A stretch of DNA of 64,000 nucleotides from Candidatus Poriferisocius sp. (GCF_965204015.1 NZ_OZ241965.1:53782-117781); one strand, 5' to 3'; positions 17,860 to 28,725 are shown, numbered from the stretch's first letter. The notes: generated by a model not told the origin, from the letters alone. Translations and numbers: made by a program.

Positions 17860-20784
17860 ATGTTTGTGTCAGGTTGTAAGCGGTTGGGACGAGTGTCCCG
17901 CGGTGGGATGGCTGTCTTGGCGGTGTTGAGCTTGCTGGCGACCACGCTGGTGACGTCGGCGGCTGTGGCCCAAGGCGATATCCAGCAGGGTGTGGCGCAG
18001 CAGTGCTTTGAGCACCATGGTTTCGGCGCGCAACCCGTGGATGTAGCCAAGACCGCGGATGGCCAGACCGTGCTGGCGCAGACCAGATGGAACTGGCACG
18101 ATGCCATCGGCTGCTATCTCACTCTCAATGACGAGGCGATTTCGGTCCTGCGGACCGCCCCTGTGCCCCAAAGTTTGCCTGCCGTGGAAACAGCGGCTTC
18201 GCAGCGGTGCTCTGGGGAGCACAAGTTTGGCCAACTACCCGTGGACGTGGCCAAGACCGCGGATGGCCAGACCGTGCTGGCCCGCCTCAGTTGGGGTTAC
18301 CACCAATCTATTGGCTGCTACCTCACCCTCGATGACACTGCACTAGCCACGCTGCGAGCCAATGCGGCCAGCCCAACAACCCCGACCCCGCCTCGCACGT
18401 TTACCGCAATTGCCGCGGGCTGGGACTTCTCGTGCGGACTCAGAACCGACAGCACCATCGCCTGCTGGGGTTCCAATCGCAACGGGAAATCTGACCCACC
18501 GTCAGGGCAGTTCAGCACCATTTCCACCGGCACCCGGCACTCGTGCGGTCTGAGAACCGACGGCGCCATCGTCTGCTGGGGCCAAGACGGGGGATCCGGC
18601 CAGACGGAGGCGCCCGAGGGCCGCTTCGCCGGTGTCGCCGCGGGCGGCGGGTTCTCGTGCGGCCTCAGAACCGACGGCACCGCCCAGTGCTGGGGCGTCA
18701 ACCACGTCGGCCAGCTGGACGCGCCCGACACCAAGTTCACCGCCATTTCCAGCGGCAGCAACCATACGTGCGGCTTGCGGGCAGACGAAACCATCGAATG
18801 CTGGGGCACCAACAGCAACGGTCAACTTAACGCGCCCGACGGCCAGTACACCGCGATCACAGCTGGTGGCGACCATTCGTGTGCGGTCAGCGTCACACAG
18901 ACGGTGGAGTGCTGGGGCAGCAACGAGCTGATTGTCCCCTCCGGCGGCCTTCCGTGGGGGTCCCGCGCCATCCCCGGCGGGCAGGTGATCGCGCTGGAAG
19001 GCCAGTACATCGCCGTCGCAGCCGGTCTTGGGCACACGTGTGCGATCAGGGCTGACCACACGGCTGTGTGCTGGGGCGACGACCGAGAACGCCAGTCGAG
19101 GCCAACCGGCGGACGGTTCACGGCAGTCGCCGCGGGCTACGAGCACTCCTGCGCGATCAGGGTCGATCAGACGGTCGCCTGCTGGGGCAATAACGACCAT
19201 AGACAAACAGGCGCGCCAGCCGTCCCTTTCACCGCAGCCGCTGTGAGTTCAGGCGGAGACCATGCATGTGCACTGAGCGAGAGCGGCAGCCTCCGATGCT
19301 GGGGTGACGGTAGCCAAGGACAGCTCGACGTGCCCGAAGGCCAATTCAGGGCGGTCTCAGCCGGCGGGCAGCACACCTGCGCAGTGCGAAGCGACCGCAC
19401 CCTCGCCTGCTGGGGCAACGGCGAATATACCGGAGCGACTGATGCCCCTGCGGGCCAGTTCTCCACCGTCACGTCCGGCGGTTTTCACTCATGCGGGTTG
19501 CGGACCGACGGTACTGCAATTTGCTGGGGCGCCAACTACACAGGCTGGGGAGAAACGCCTGGCGGGGCCTTCATTGCGATAGACACCGGTGCCTACACCT
19601 GCGGCATCAGACCCGACCAGACCGCCGAGTGCTGGTCGACGCTCCTCGCTGTTGACCGTCCCGGGGGGGATGTTCCCGAGGGCGCCTTTGTCTCCATCGC
19701 ACCCGGTTTGAACTATACCTGTGGCATACGACCCGGCGGCACCGCTGTTTGCTGGGGCAGCAACCAATACGGAATTCTGAATGTGCCTGACGGAAAGTAC
19801 ACCGCCATCGATGCGGGCTCAAGGTACGCGTGCGGCTTGCGAACCGAGGGCAGCGTCATCTGCTGGGGCGGCCACCTATCCTACGAACCGATCGTCTACG
19901 ACGGGCAGTACACAGCCATCGATTTCGGCGGCGCATTGTGCGCGTTGCGAACCGACCGCAGGATCGTGTGCTGGGGAAGCAGCGCCGTAGCATTGGACTA
20001 CCCCGGAAAGGAGTCCAACGCTGTGGCCGTCTCAGCGGGCCAAGACCACGTGTGCGCGCTGCTCAGCGATACCCGCACCGTCGAGTGCTGGGGCGACAAC
20101 GCCAGCAGGGAACTGGAGGCAACGGGCGGATCGTTCACGGCGGTCTCTTCGGGCGACAGTTTCTCGTGCGGTCTCAGACGCAACGGAACAGTTAACTGCT
20201 GGGGACGGAACCATCAGGGACAGTTGGATGCGCCCGATGAGCCATTCACCGCAATCTCCTCCGGTGGCAGCTCCTCCTGCGGCCTCAGAGCCGACGGGAC
20301 GGTCGCCTGCTGGGGACATAGCGGGTACGGACCACCGCCCGAAGGAGCGTTCACCTTGGTCTCGGTCGGCAGTTCTGCTTGCGGTCTCAGAGGCGACGGC
20401 ACCGTGGAGTGCTGGGGATGGGGATACAACTATGGGCGGGGCGATATACCCGACGGGCATTTTACCGCCGTCTCCGTAGGCGACAAACACGCATGCGGGC
20501 TGAGGCTCGACGGAACCGTCGATTGCTGGAACAGCAGATACGGCAGAGGCGCCAAGGCGAATCTGCCCTCCGGGGCCTTCACCGCCATCTCATCAGGCAT
20601 CTCTCACAATTGCGGAATCAGGGTAGACGGAACCGTCGATTGCTGGGGAAGCAACGAGTATGGCGAGAGCGATGCGCCCGACGGCGTGTTCACCGCCGTC
20701 TCAGCCAGCAACTACTTCTCCTGCGGGCTGCGGGCTAGCGGCACCGTCGAATGCTGGGGCCAGTACGCTAACAAGACAGCCTAG
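17860..20784 (+). CDS. secreted protein: twin two-Cys module plus 21 RCC1-like blades
   Basis: Signal MAVLAVLSLLATTLVTSAAVAQG (start at 17860 or 17908). Modules at 18004-18153 and 18208-18357. Then 21 hand-counted units of ~38 aa, (F/Y)TAI.(A/S)G..H(S/T)CGLR.DGT..CWG.N..GQ.DAP.G. Confidence 0.9.
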   Translation: MFVSGCKRLGRVSRGGMAVLAVLSLLATTLVTSAAVAQGDIQQGVAQQCFEHHGFGAQPVDVAKTADGQTVLAQTRWNWHDAIGCYLTLNDEAISVLRTAPVPQSLPAVETAASQRCSGEHKFGQLPVDVAKTADGQTVLARLSWGYHQSIGCYLTLDDTALATLRANAASPTTPTPPRTFTAIAAGWDFSCGLRTDSTIACWGSNRNGKSDPPSGQFSTISTGTRHSCGLRTDGAIVCWGQDGGSGQTEAPEGRFAGVAAGGGFSCGLRTDGTAQCWGVNHVGQLDAPDTKFTAISSGSNHTCGLRADETIECWGTNSNGQLNAPDGQYTAITAGGDHSCAVSVTQTVECWGSNELIVPSGGLPWGSRAIPGGQVIALEGQYIAVAAGLGHTCAIRADHTAVCWGDDRERQSRPTGGRFTAVAAGYEHSCAIRVDQTVACWGNNDHRQTGAPAVPFTAAAVSSGGDHACALSESGSLRCWGDGSQGQLDVPEGQFRAVSAGGQHTCAVRSDRTLACWGNGEYTGATDAPAGQFSTVTSGGFHSCGLRTDGTAICWGANYTGWGETPGGAFIAIDTGAYTCGIRPDQTAECWSTLLAVDRPGGDVPEGAFVSIAPGLNYTCGIRPGGTAVCWGSNQYGILNVPDGKYTAIDAGSRYACGLRTEGSVICWGGHLSYEPIVYDGQYTAIDFGGALCALRTDRRIVCWGSSAVALDYPGKESNAVAVSAGQDHVCALLSDTRTVECWGDNASRELEATGGSFTAVSSGDSFSCGLRRNGTVNCWGRNHQGQLDAPDEPFTAISSGGSSSCGLRADGTVACWGHSGYGPPPEGAFTLVSVGSSACGLRGDGTVECWGWGYNYGRGDIPDGHFTAVSVGDKHACGLRLDGTVDCWNSRYGRGAKANLPSGAFTAISSGISHNCGIRVDGTVDCWGSNEYGESDAPDGVFTAVSASNYFSCGLRASGTVECWGQYANKTA
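18394..20781 (+). repeat. array of 21 short RCC1-like (CWG) coding repeats
   Basis: Counted 21 C-W-(G/S/N) blade ends, from IACWGSNRNG to VECWGQYANKTA. Period is about 111-120 bp. Confidence 0.85.
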
Positions 20785-20947
20785 ATAGAGTTGAACTGGG
20801 GGGCGCTCAACGGGGGTGGCATCGATGGATAACTCGCTCAGCTAACTTCTTGGCCGACTCAGTCATCCGAGTTAATGTTGGTGGCGCGGCAAATAAGCAG
20901 GGGAAATTCGTCGCAGGAAACTGGGTGTTGCTGGGTAGGCTGCTGGC

Positions 20948-21919
20948 ATGGGCACCCGAGCGCTGGCGGCGGCTAGACCGGTTCCGACGTTGGAGGATGC
21001 TCGGCGGGCGGCGGATTCGGTTGCTGATTTGGATCCAGGCATGGTGCTGTTGTTCGGGTCGGTGGCCCGCGGCGACCCGCATCCGGGGTCGGACTTGGAC
21101 TTGTGCCTGGTGTTCGACGATCTGGGCGACTACTCCGAACGCCGAAACCTCGTGGCTGACGCCCGCCGCCGTATCCGCGATGCCACTGGTATCCCCGCTG
21201 ATGTGAAGGTGACCGACCGCGCCGAGTGGCGAAAAAGGTCGGTAGGGTGCAAATCGAGCATTGAGCGGCATATCGCGAGCCATGCCGTTCAGTTGGCTGG
21301 CAGACCTCCGGCGCGCCCCATCGATTACGCCAAGGAGATCGGGATGGCGCCCAGCGACGCCGCCCAAGCCGCAGGAGCGCTCACCAGCACGCTGAAAGGT
21401 CTATACAGCTTGAACGCCCGCCTGCCGGCCGACGAGACCGAGCGCGAGGCCCGCGATCCGGTGCGTGCCTCCCGCATTAGGCAGGCGAGGATGCTGGACA
21501 TCTGCGTCTTGGCCCAGACGGTGATGGAAACGGCGTTGAAGGCGCTCATCCACGCGTTGGAGGGAGACCACCCCGACCGGACCCACGACATCGGCGGCCT
21601 GATTGGCGATGCGGCCACCGCCGGGTTGAGCGGCGAGCAGGCCAGGAAGCTGCGCGAAGCGATGGGCCCGGTGACGGGCAAGCAGGCCTCGGTGTGGCGA
21701 GAAACCAGCACCTACCTCGGCGACACCTATGTCCCGGGCAACCCCGAAGACGCCACCCCGCGCTTCGCCACCCAAATGGCCACCGCCGCGGTCCGCGTCG
21801 CCCAAGAATGCGCCCGCTTGGTTGACCTCGAGCTGGGAACCGAGACAGACAACAGCGCCTGTATAAAAGAACTGGCCGCCGAAGTGTTAGCCCGCATTCC
21901 CCGCATCGATCCCTCCTAG
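20948..21919 (+). CDS. nucleotidyltransferase (MNT/pol-beta fold) fused to a HEPN-like helical domain
   Basis: N-terminal LLFGSVARGDPHPGSDLDLCLVFDD (the G-S...D.D minimal NTase motif). C-terminal helical region ALKALIHALEGDHPDRTHDIGGLI resembles HEPN PF05168-type domains. Confidence 0.7.
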   Translation: MGTRALAAARPVPTLEDARRAADSVADLDPGMVLLFGSVARGDPHPGSDLDLCLVFDDLGDYSERRNLVADARRRIRDATGIPADVKVTDRAEWRKRSVGCKSSIERHIASHAVQLAGRPPARPIDYAKEIGMAPSDAAQAAGALTSTLKGLYSLNARLPADETEREARDPVRASRIRQARMLDICVLAQTVMETALKALIHALEGDHPDRTHDIGGLIGDAATAGLSGEQARKLREAMGPVTGKQASVWRETSTYLGDTYVPGNPEDATPRFATQMATAAVRVAQECARLVDLELGTETDNSACIKELAAEVLARIPRIDPS

Positions 21920-21929
21920 CCCGCTCAGA
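21900..21929. repeat. 30-bp direct repeat, left copy (28/30 identical to 22771..22800)
   Basis: cccgcatcgatccctcctagcccgctcaga versus cccgcctcgacccctcctagcccgctcaga. The 19-bp core ccctcctagcccgctcaga is identical. Each copy spans a stop codon. Confidence 0.9.
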
Positions 21930-22064
21930 AACTGGTCGGGGTGTCCAAGCGCAAGCACGCAGGCACTGCAAATGTACATGTATTGCATGTCATTTCATAC
22001 ATATTTGGTTGTACGTCTAACAGGTCCGAAGTAGTGTGGGCGACGTGTTCAGAAAGTCGCTCCG

Positions 22065-22790
22065 GTGAGCATGTTGGCGGCCCGCCAACCGGGAGCCGAG
22101 GTCTACTATCCGGAAGGACCGCGGGTGCCCGAAGGCGACATGCAAACCCGCCGCCGCATGGAGCTGGTCGTGGCTTTGCGGGGTTGGCTGGCCGAACACC
22201 ACCCCGACGCCTGGGTGTGTAGCGACATCAACATCTACTACCAACAGGGCGACCCACGGGTCGTCGTAGCCCCCGACGTGGCGGTCGCGTTCGGCGTCAA
22301 CACCGCCGCCGTTGAGAACAAGGGCACTTACAAGGTGTGGGAGGCCGGCGCCGTTCCGGCGTTCGCGCTGGAGATTGCCTCGCCCACCACCCACAAGAGA
22401 GACCTGCACGAAAAGCCCGCCACATTCGCCGACCTCGGCGTCGCGGAGTACTGGCGGCTTGACCCCACGGGCGGTGAACTCCTCGGCACCCCCTTGGCTG
22501 GCGAACGTCGGCGAATGGGCCGTTGGGAACCCATCGCCGTCACCGCTGAGACACCCAGCAGCAACGGAGTCCAGCTCAGAGGCCACAGCGATGCCCTGGG
22601 CCTCGACCTGTGCTGGGCGCCTCCCAAACTCCGCCTCTACCACCCCGCCATCGGCACCTGGCTGCGAGACCATGAAGACGAAGCCGCCCGGGCCAACTCT
22701 GCCGAGGCTCGGGCCAAAGCCGCCGAGGCTCGGGCCAAAGCCGCCGAGGCTGAACTCGCCTCCTTGCGCGCCCGCCTCGACCCCTCCTAG
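22065..22790 (+). CDS. Uma2-family (DUF820) putative endonuclease
   Basis: PDVAVAFGV....YKVWE.GAVPAFALEIASPTT...D...K...FADLGVAEYWRLDP matches the PD-(D/E)xK-like Uma2 pattern. The C-terminal AEARAKA heptads come from a 21-bp tandem repeat at 22701-22751. Confidence 0.8.
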   Translation: MSMLAARQPGAEVYYPEGPRVPEGDMQTRRRMELVVALRGWLAEHHPDAWVCSDINIYYQQGDPRVVVAPDVAVAFGVNTAAVENKGTYKVWEAGAVPAFALEIASPTTHKRDLHEKPATFADLGVAEYWRLDPTGGELLGTPLAGERRRMGRWEPIAVTAETPSSNGVQLRGHSDALGLDLCWAPPKLRLYHPAIGTWLRDHEDEAARANSAEARAKAAEARAKAAEAELASLRARLDPS

Positions 22791-22800
22791 CCCGCTCAGA
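22771..22800. repeat. 30-bp direct repeat, right copy
   Basis: See 21900..21929. The two copies lie 871 bp apart and bracket the AT-rich spacer plus the Uma2 gene. Confidence 0.9.
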
Positions 22801-22815
22801 GTTAGGGCACCAGGC

Positions 22816-24285
<1,470 letters not shown>

Positions 24286-24367
24286 CAGGTCTCCTCGGTT
24301 TGATTCAAGCCCCAGCGATGTTATCTGGCAGCAAATCTCGGCCCCATGCCAAGTAGCCTCGCTTCTT

Positions 24368-27300
24368 ATGGGTTCGTATTCGGAGGCGGCACGCGAGCGC
24401 GTCCTCATCTACGACGGCGCCTTCGGAACCTATGTGCAAGAACAGCCCCTGGGAGCAGACGATTTCGGCGGCCCCGACTTGGAAGGCTGCAACGAGCTCT
24501 TGTGTTTGACTCGGCCCGACCTCATCGCTGAAATGCACGACCTCTATCTGGGCATCGGCGTAGACGCGGTAGAAACCGCCACCTTTGGGGCGTTTGCCGT
24601 GCCTCTGGCCGAGTACGGCATCGCCGATCAGGCCTATGAGATCAACCTGGCCGCAGCCCGCATCGCCAAAGAGGTGGCCCACGGTTACGCAACTGGCGGA
24701 CAGCCCCGGTGGGTGGCCGGTTCGGTGGGACCGGGCACCAAGCTGGCCTCGCTGGGCCAGATCCGCTACGCCGAGCTGCGGGACGCCTTCGAAGTCCAAG
24801 CCCGGGGCCTGCTGGAAGGCGGCGTCGATCTGTTGATGATCGAGACCCAATACGACCTCCTGGGGGCCAAGGCGGCCATCAACGGATGCCGTCGGGCCAT
24901 GGCTGCGGTGGGCCGAGAGGTGCCGTTGCAAGTGCAGGTAACCATCGAGATGACCGGGCGAATGCTGCCCGGCACAGAGATCGGTGCCGCGCTGGCCGCG
25001 CTGGCCCCCCTGGGTCCGGCCGTGTTCGGACTGAACTGCGCCACCGGCCCAGCCGAGATGGGCGAGCACTTGCGGGTTCTCTCGGAGCAGTGTCCGGTAC
25101 CGGTGGCCTGCATTCCCAACGCCGGACTCCCCCAAGTGGTGGATGGTTGCATGCACTACGACGTGGGGCCCGACGAACTGGCCGACTACCTGGCCCGCTA
25201 TATAACCGAGCTGGGAGTGTCGGTGATCGGCGGGTGCTGCGGTACCGCCACCGAGCACCTCCAGGCGGTGATCGACCGCTGTGCCGATCTCGTGCCCGGC
25301 CCCCGACTCGGCCAGCTTCCCCCTGCGGCCACCTCCATCTACACCGCGGTGCCATTTGCCCAGGACACGTCGTTTCTCATTGTGGGCGAGCGCACCAACG
25401 CCAACGGGTCGCGCAAGTTCCGCGACGCCATGCTGGAGGGCGACTGGGACGGCTGCCTCCAGATCGCCCGCGACCAGGTGGGCGAGGGCGCCCACCTGCT
25501 GGACCTATGCGTGGACTATGTGGGCCGCGACGGCACTGCCGACATGGACGAACTCGCCCGACGGTTCGCCACCGGAGTGGCCGCCCCCCTGGTGCTCGAC
25601 TCCACCGAGCCCGACGTTATGCAGGCGGGGCTGGAGTGGATCGGCGGTCGGGCGGTGCTCAACTCGGCCAATTTGGAAGACGGCGAGGCTGAGGGGTCGC
25701 GCCTCGACCGGGTGCTGTCGCTGGCCCGGGAGTTCGGCGCCGCGGTGGTGTGCCTGCTCATCGACGAGGAGGGCCAAGCCCGCGACCTGGAGTGGAAGAT
25801 GCGGGTGGCCCATCGCCTCTATCGCCTGGCCACAGAACGCTACGGGCTGGCGCCCTCCGATCTGATCTTCGATGCCCTGACCTTCCCTCTCTCGACAGGC
25901 GACGACGACCTGCGCAAAGACGGCCTGGCCACCATCGAGGCCATCCGACGCATCAAGGCCGAGCTGCCGGGGGCCTACACCACGCTGGGAGTGTCCAATG
26001 TCTCGTTCGGGTTGAAGCCCGCGGCCCGCCACGTGCTCAATTCCATGTTCTTGCACGAGTGCTTGGAAGCCGGCCTCGACTCGGCCATTGTCCACGCCGG
26101 GCGAATCATCCCGCTGAACCGGGTGGACCCCCACCACCGGGACGTGTGCCTTGACTTGATCTACGACCGGCGAGGCACAGCCGGGAATGCCTCAGACGGC
26201 CGGGACGACTACGACCCGCTGACCGACCTCCTGGCCGCGTTCGAGAACGTGACCGCCACTGCGGCTGTGAAAGAGGATCGCTCCGGGTGGCCAGTGGAAC
26301 AGCGCCTGGAACGGCGCATCATCGACGGCGAGCGAGATGGGCTGGAGGCCGATCTGGACGAGGCGTTGGCCAGTACCCCGGCGCTGGACATCGTCAACAA
26401 CACGCTGCTGGCGGGGATGAAGGTGGTGGGCGAGCTGTTCGCCTCTGGTGAGATGCAGCTTCCGTTCGTGCTCCAGTCGGCTGAGACCATGAAGACCGCG
26501 GTTTCGTATCTGGAGCCTCACATGGAGAAGGCCGACGACACCGGTGGCAAGGGCCGGATTGTGCTGGCCACCGTAAAGGGCGACGTCCACGACATCGGCA
26601 AGAACCTGGTGGACATCATCTTGACCAACAACGGTTACGACGTTCACAACCTGGGTATCAAGGTGTCGATCGCCGAGATGATCGATCGGGCCCTGGAGGT
26701 GGATGCCCACGCCATCGGCATGAGCGGGCTGCTGGTGAAGAGCACCCTGATCATGCGGGACAACCTCGAGGAGCTGAACACCCGCGACCTCCACCACCTG
26801 CCGGTGTTGCTCGGTGGGGCAGCCCTGACCCGCACCTACGTGGAGCGCGACATGCGGGAGACCTACCAGGGTCGGGTGTTCTACGGCAAGGACGCCTTCG
26901 AGGGCTTGGCGGTGATGGACCGTCTGGGCGAGCTGCGCCGCACCGGGGTCGACGACCCCGAGTTCGGGCGCCGTCCCGGAGGACGCGACCTGCCCCGCCG
27001 TCCTCGTCGAGACGCGTCCGGTGCGGTGCCTGCCGACCTGCCCGAACGAGCCCCGTCAGTGGAAACCGACAATCCCGTATTCAAGCCACCATTTGTTGGA
27101 TCCCGGGTGGTCAAGGGCATTCCCGTGGCCGACATCGCCGAGTACGTGAACGAGACCGCCCTGTTCCGCAATCAATGGCAGTTCCGCCCCGTCGACGGCG
27201 AGGACGATGCCGCATTCAAGGAGCGCATCCGCCCCACCATGCGCGAGCAGCTCACGTCGGCCATGGCTCAGGGCCTGCTGGTGCCCCAGGTGGTGTACGG

Positions 27301-27871
27301 CTACTTCCCCGTGAGCGGGAGCGGTAACGACCTGGTGGTGTGGGACAGCCCCGATCGAACCACCGAGGTCTGCCGCTTCCGGTATCCCCGCCAGCCCAAA
27401 GACCCGTACTTGTGCATCGCCGACTTCTTCCGGCCGGCCGACGGCGAAGAGGTGGATTACGCCGCCTTCCACATCGTCACCATGGGGGCCGAGGTGTCGA
27501 AGGCGGCCGCCAAGCTGTTCGCCGACAACCGCTATCAGGACTACCTGCTGCTGCACGGCCTCGGCGTGGAGATGGCCGAGGCGCTGGCCGAGCACTGGCA
27601 TCACCGCATTCGCACCGAATGGGGCTTCGTCGACGAGGACGGCCCAACTCTCATTGGACTGTTCCGCCAGCAATACCGGGGCGGCCGCTACTCCTGGGGC
27701 TACCCCGCCTGCCCCGACCTAGAGGACAACCTCACCGTGGCCCAGCTCCTCGAAGCCGAGCGCCTCGGCATCCAGGTCGGCGAGGAGACCAGCTTCCAAT
27801 ACCAACCCGAGCAAACCACCTCCGCCCTAATCTGCCACCACCCCCAAGCCAAATACTTCGTCGCCCGCTAA
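24368..27871 (+). CDS. metH: cobalamin-dependent methionine synthase
   Basis: Hcy-binding N-terminus (VLIYDGAFGT), pterin-binding region, B12-binding region (GDVHDIGKNLV) and AdoMet activation domain are colinear. The true start is taken at ATG 24368, not the ORF-track 24149. Confidence 0.95.
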   Translation: MGSYSEAARERVLIYDGAFGTYVQEQPLGADDFGGPDLEGCNELLCLTRPDLIAEMHDLYLGIGVDAVETATFGAFAVPLAEYGIADQAYEINLAAARIAKEVAHGYATGGQPRWVAGSVGPGTKLASLGQIRYAELRDAFEVQARGLLEGGVDLLMIETQYDLLGAKAAINGCRRAMAAVGREVPLQVQVTIEMTGRMLPGTEIGAALAALAPLGPAVFGLNCATGPAEMGEHLRVLSEQCPVPVACIPNAGLPQVVDGCMHYDVGPDELADYLARYITELGVSVIGGCCGTATEHLQAVIDRCADLVPGPRLGQLPPAATSIYTAVPFAQDTSFLIVGERTNANGSRKFRDAMLEGDWDGCLQIARDQVGEGAHLLDLCVDYVGRDGTADMDELARRFATGVAAPLVLDSTEPDVMQAGLEWIGGRAVLNSANLEDGEAEGSRLDRVLSLAREFGAAVVCLLIDEEGQARDLEWKMRVAHRLYRLATERYGLAPSDLIFDALTFPLSTGDDDLRKDGLATIEAIRRIKAELPGAYTTLGVSNVSFGLKPAARHVLNSMFLHECLEAGLDSAIVHAGRIIPLNRVDPHHRDVCLDLIYDRRGTAGNASDGRDDYDPLTDLLAAFENVTATAAVKEDRSGWPVEQRLERRIIDGERDGLEADLDEALASTPALDIVNNTLLAGMKVVGELFASGEMQLPFVLQSAETMKTAVSYLEPHMEKADDTGGKGRIVLATVKGDVHDIGKNLVDIILTNNGYDVHNLGIKVSIAEMIDRALEVDAHAIGMSGLLVKSTLIMRDNLEELNTRDLHHLPVLLGGAALTRTYVERDMRETYQGRVFYGKDAFEGLAVMDRLGELRRTGVDDPEFGRRPGGRDLPRRPRRDASGAVPADLPERAPSVETDNPVFKPPFVGSRVVKGIPVADIAEYVNETALFRNQWQFRPVDGEDDAAFKERIRPTMREQLTSAMAQGLLVPQVVYGYFPVSGSGNDLVVWDSPDRTTEVCRFRYPRQPKDPYLCIADFFRPADGEEVDYAAFHIVTMGAEVSKAAAKLFADNRYQDYLLLHGLGVEMAEALAEHWHHRIRTEWGFVDEDGPTLIGLFRQQYRGGRYSWGYPACPDLEDNLTVAQLLEAERLGIQVGEETSFQYQPEQTTSALICHHPQAKYFVAR

Positions 27872-28725
27872 GTGGTATCCAGCAGCACCCGGGCCACTAG
27901 ATCCATCCCGAATCCGGTCAGGATCCCCAGATACAGCAGACCCGTCGCCGCCATCACCGCAGAATAGAACCGCTCCCGCAAGGCGGCCCGAGCCAGCACG
28001 ACCAGCCCCGCGGTCGTCACCACGCACGCCACCCAGAACCAGCCCAACAGCCCGTTGTATCCGTCGTCGATGCTCCCGCTGAGCACCGAGGCCATACCGG
28101 TGGGCCACAGCATCACCACCAACTCGGGTAGCCACAACAGTCCGGTCCAGCGAACCAGCTCCAGTAACGACCCTCGGGCGAGGCCCGGCTGTACGAGATA
28201 CCAGTGGCCCAAAAGCATGGCGTCGGTGACCGCTCCCAAAAAGAACGCCCCTATCACGGTCCGGGCCACCGCCAGCGCGGCTGGGTCGCCCGCATCGAGT
28301 CCTCCGGCTACCACCCCGATCAATCCCACTACCGGAGCAATCAAATCCAGCACCGGGGGAAACTCAGGCCGGGTTCGGTCGAAACGCTGCTCGGCCCGGT
28401 CGATCCCCGTCATGGCCGCTACCTCAGCGCTGCGCCGCTCCACCTTCTCGCGCTGACCGCTCACACCCGCCTTGCGCCGGATGACTGACACCAACAAGGC
28501 CAGGCCAGCAGCCGCCGCGGTCGCTACCGCGGTCCAGTCCCTCAGTGCCAACGGATCGGTGGCAAATCCCAACCAAGCTCCTCCGGCGGCCACGAGTCCG
28601 AAGGTGCTGCGCATCAGCCACCCGTAACCCAGCCCAGCCTCCCGCCGGCGGGTGGTGAGCCAGGTAAACGCCAGTCCGCCGACAGCCAGTTGCAGCAGGA
28701 GCGTGGCCGGCTGAAGCTCGATCAC
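27868..28725 (-). CDS. hypothetical polytopic membrane protein
   Basis: Multiple hydrophobic helices. GTG 28725 overlaps the upstream stop (GTGA), which suggests translational coupling. The longer ORF-track N-terminus is Arg/Pro-rich junk. Confidence 0.6.
   Translation of the reverse strand: MIELQPATLLLQLAVGGLAFTWLTTRRREAGLGYGWLMRSTFGLVAAGGAWLGFATDPLALRDWTAVATAAAAGLALLVSVIRRKAGVSGQREKVERRSAEVAAMTGIDRAEQRFDRTRPEFPPVLDLIAPVVGLIGVVAGGLDAGDPAALAVARTVIGAFFLGAVTDAMLLGHWYLVQPGLARGSLLELVRWTGLLWLPELVVMLWPTGMASVLSGSIDDGYNGLLGWFWVACVVTTAGLVVLARAALRERFYSAVMAATGLLYLGILTGFGMDLVARVLLDTT

Noticed and set aside
21961-22020. AT-rich palindromic spacer upstream of the Uma2 gene as a defined promoter/operator
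   Set aside because: I could not fit a convincing -35/-10 pair at proper spacing; only short palindromes (TGTACA, TACATGTA) are present. It is mentioned under the direct-repeat cassette finding instead.
24286-24367. Possible cobalamin or SAM riboswitch upstream of metH
   Set aside because: Only about 80 nt separate the divergent pepA and metH starts, which is too short for either aptamer. I saw no conserved B12-box-like sequence.
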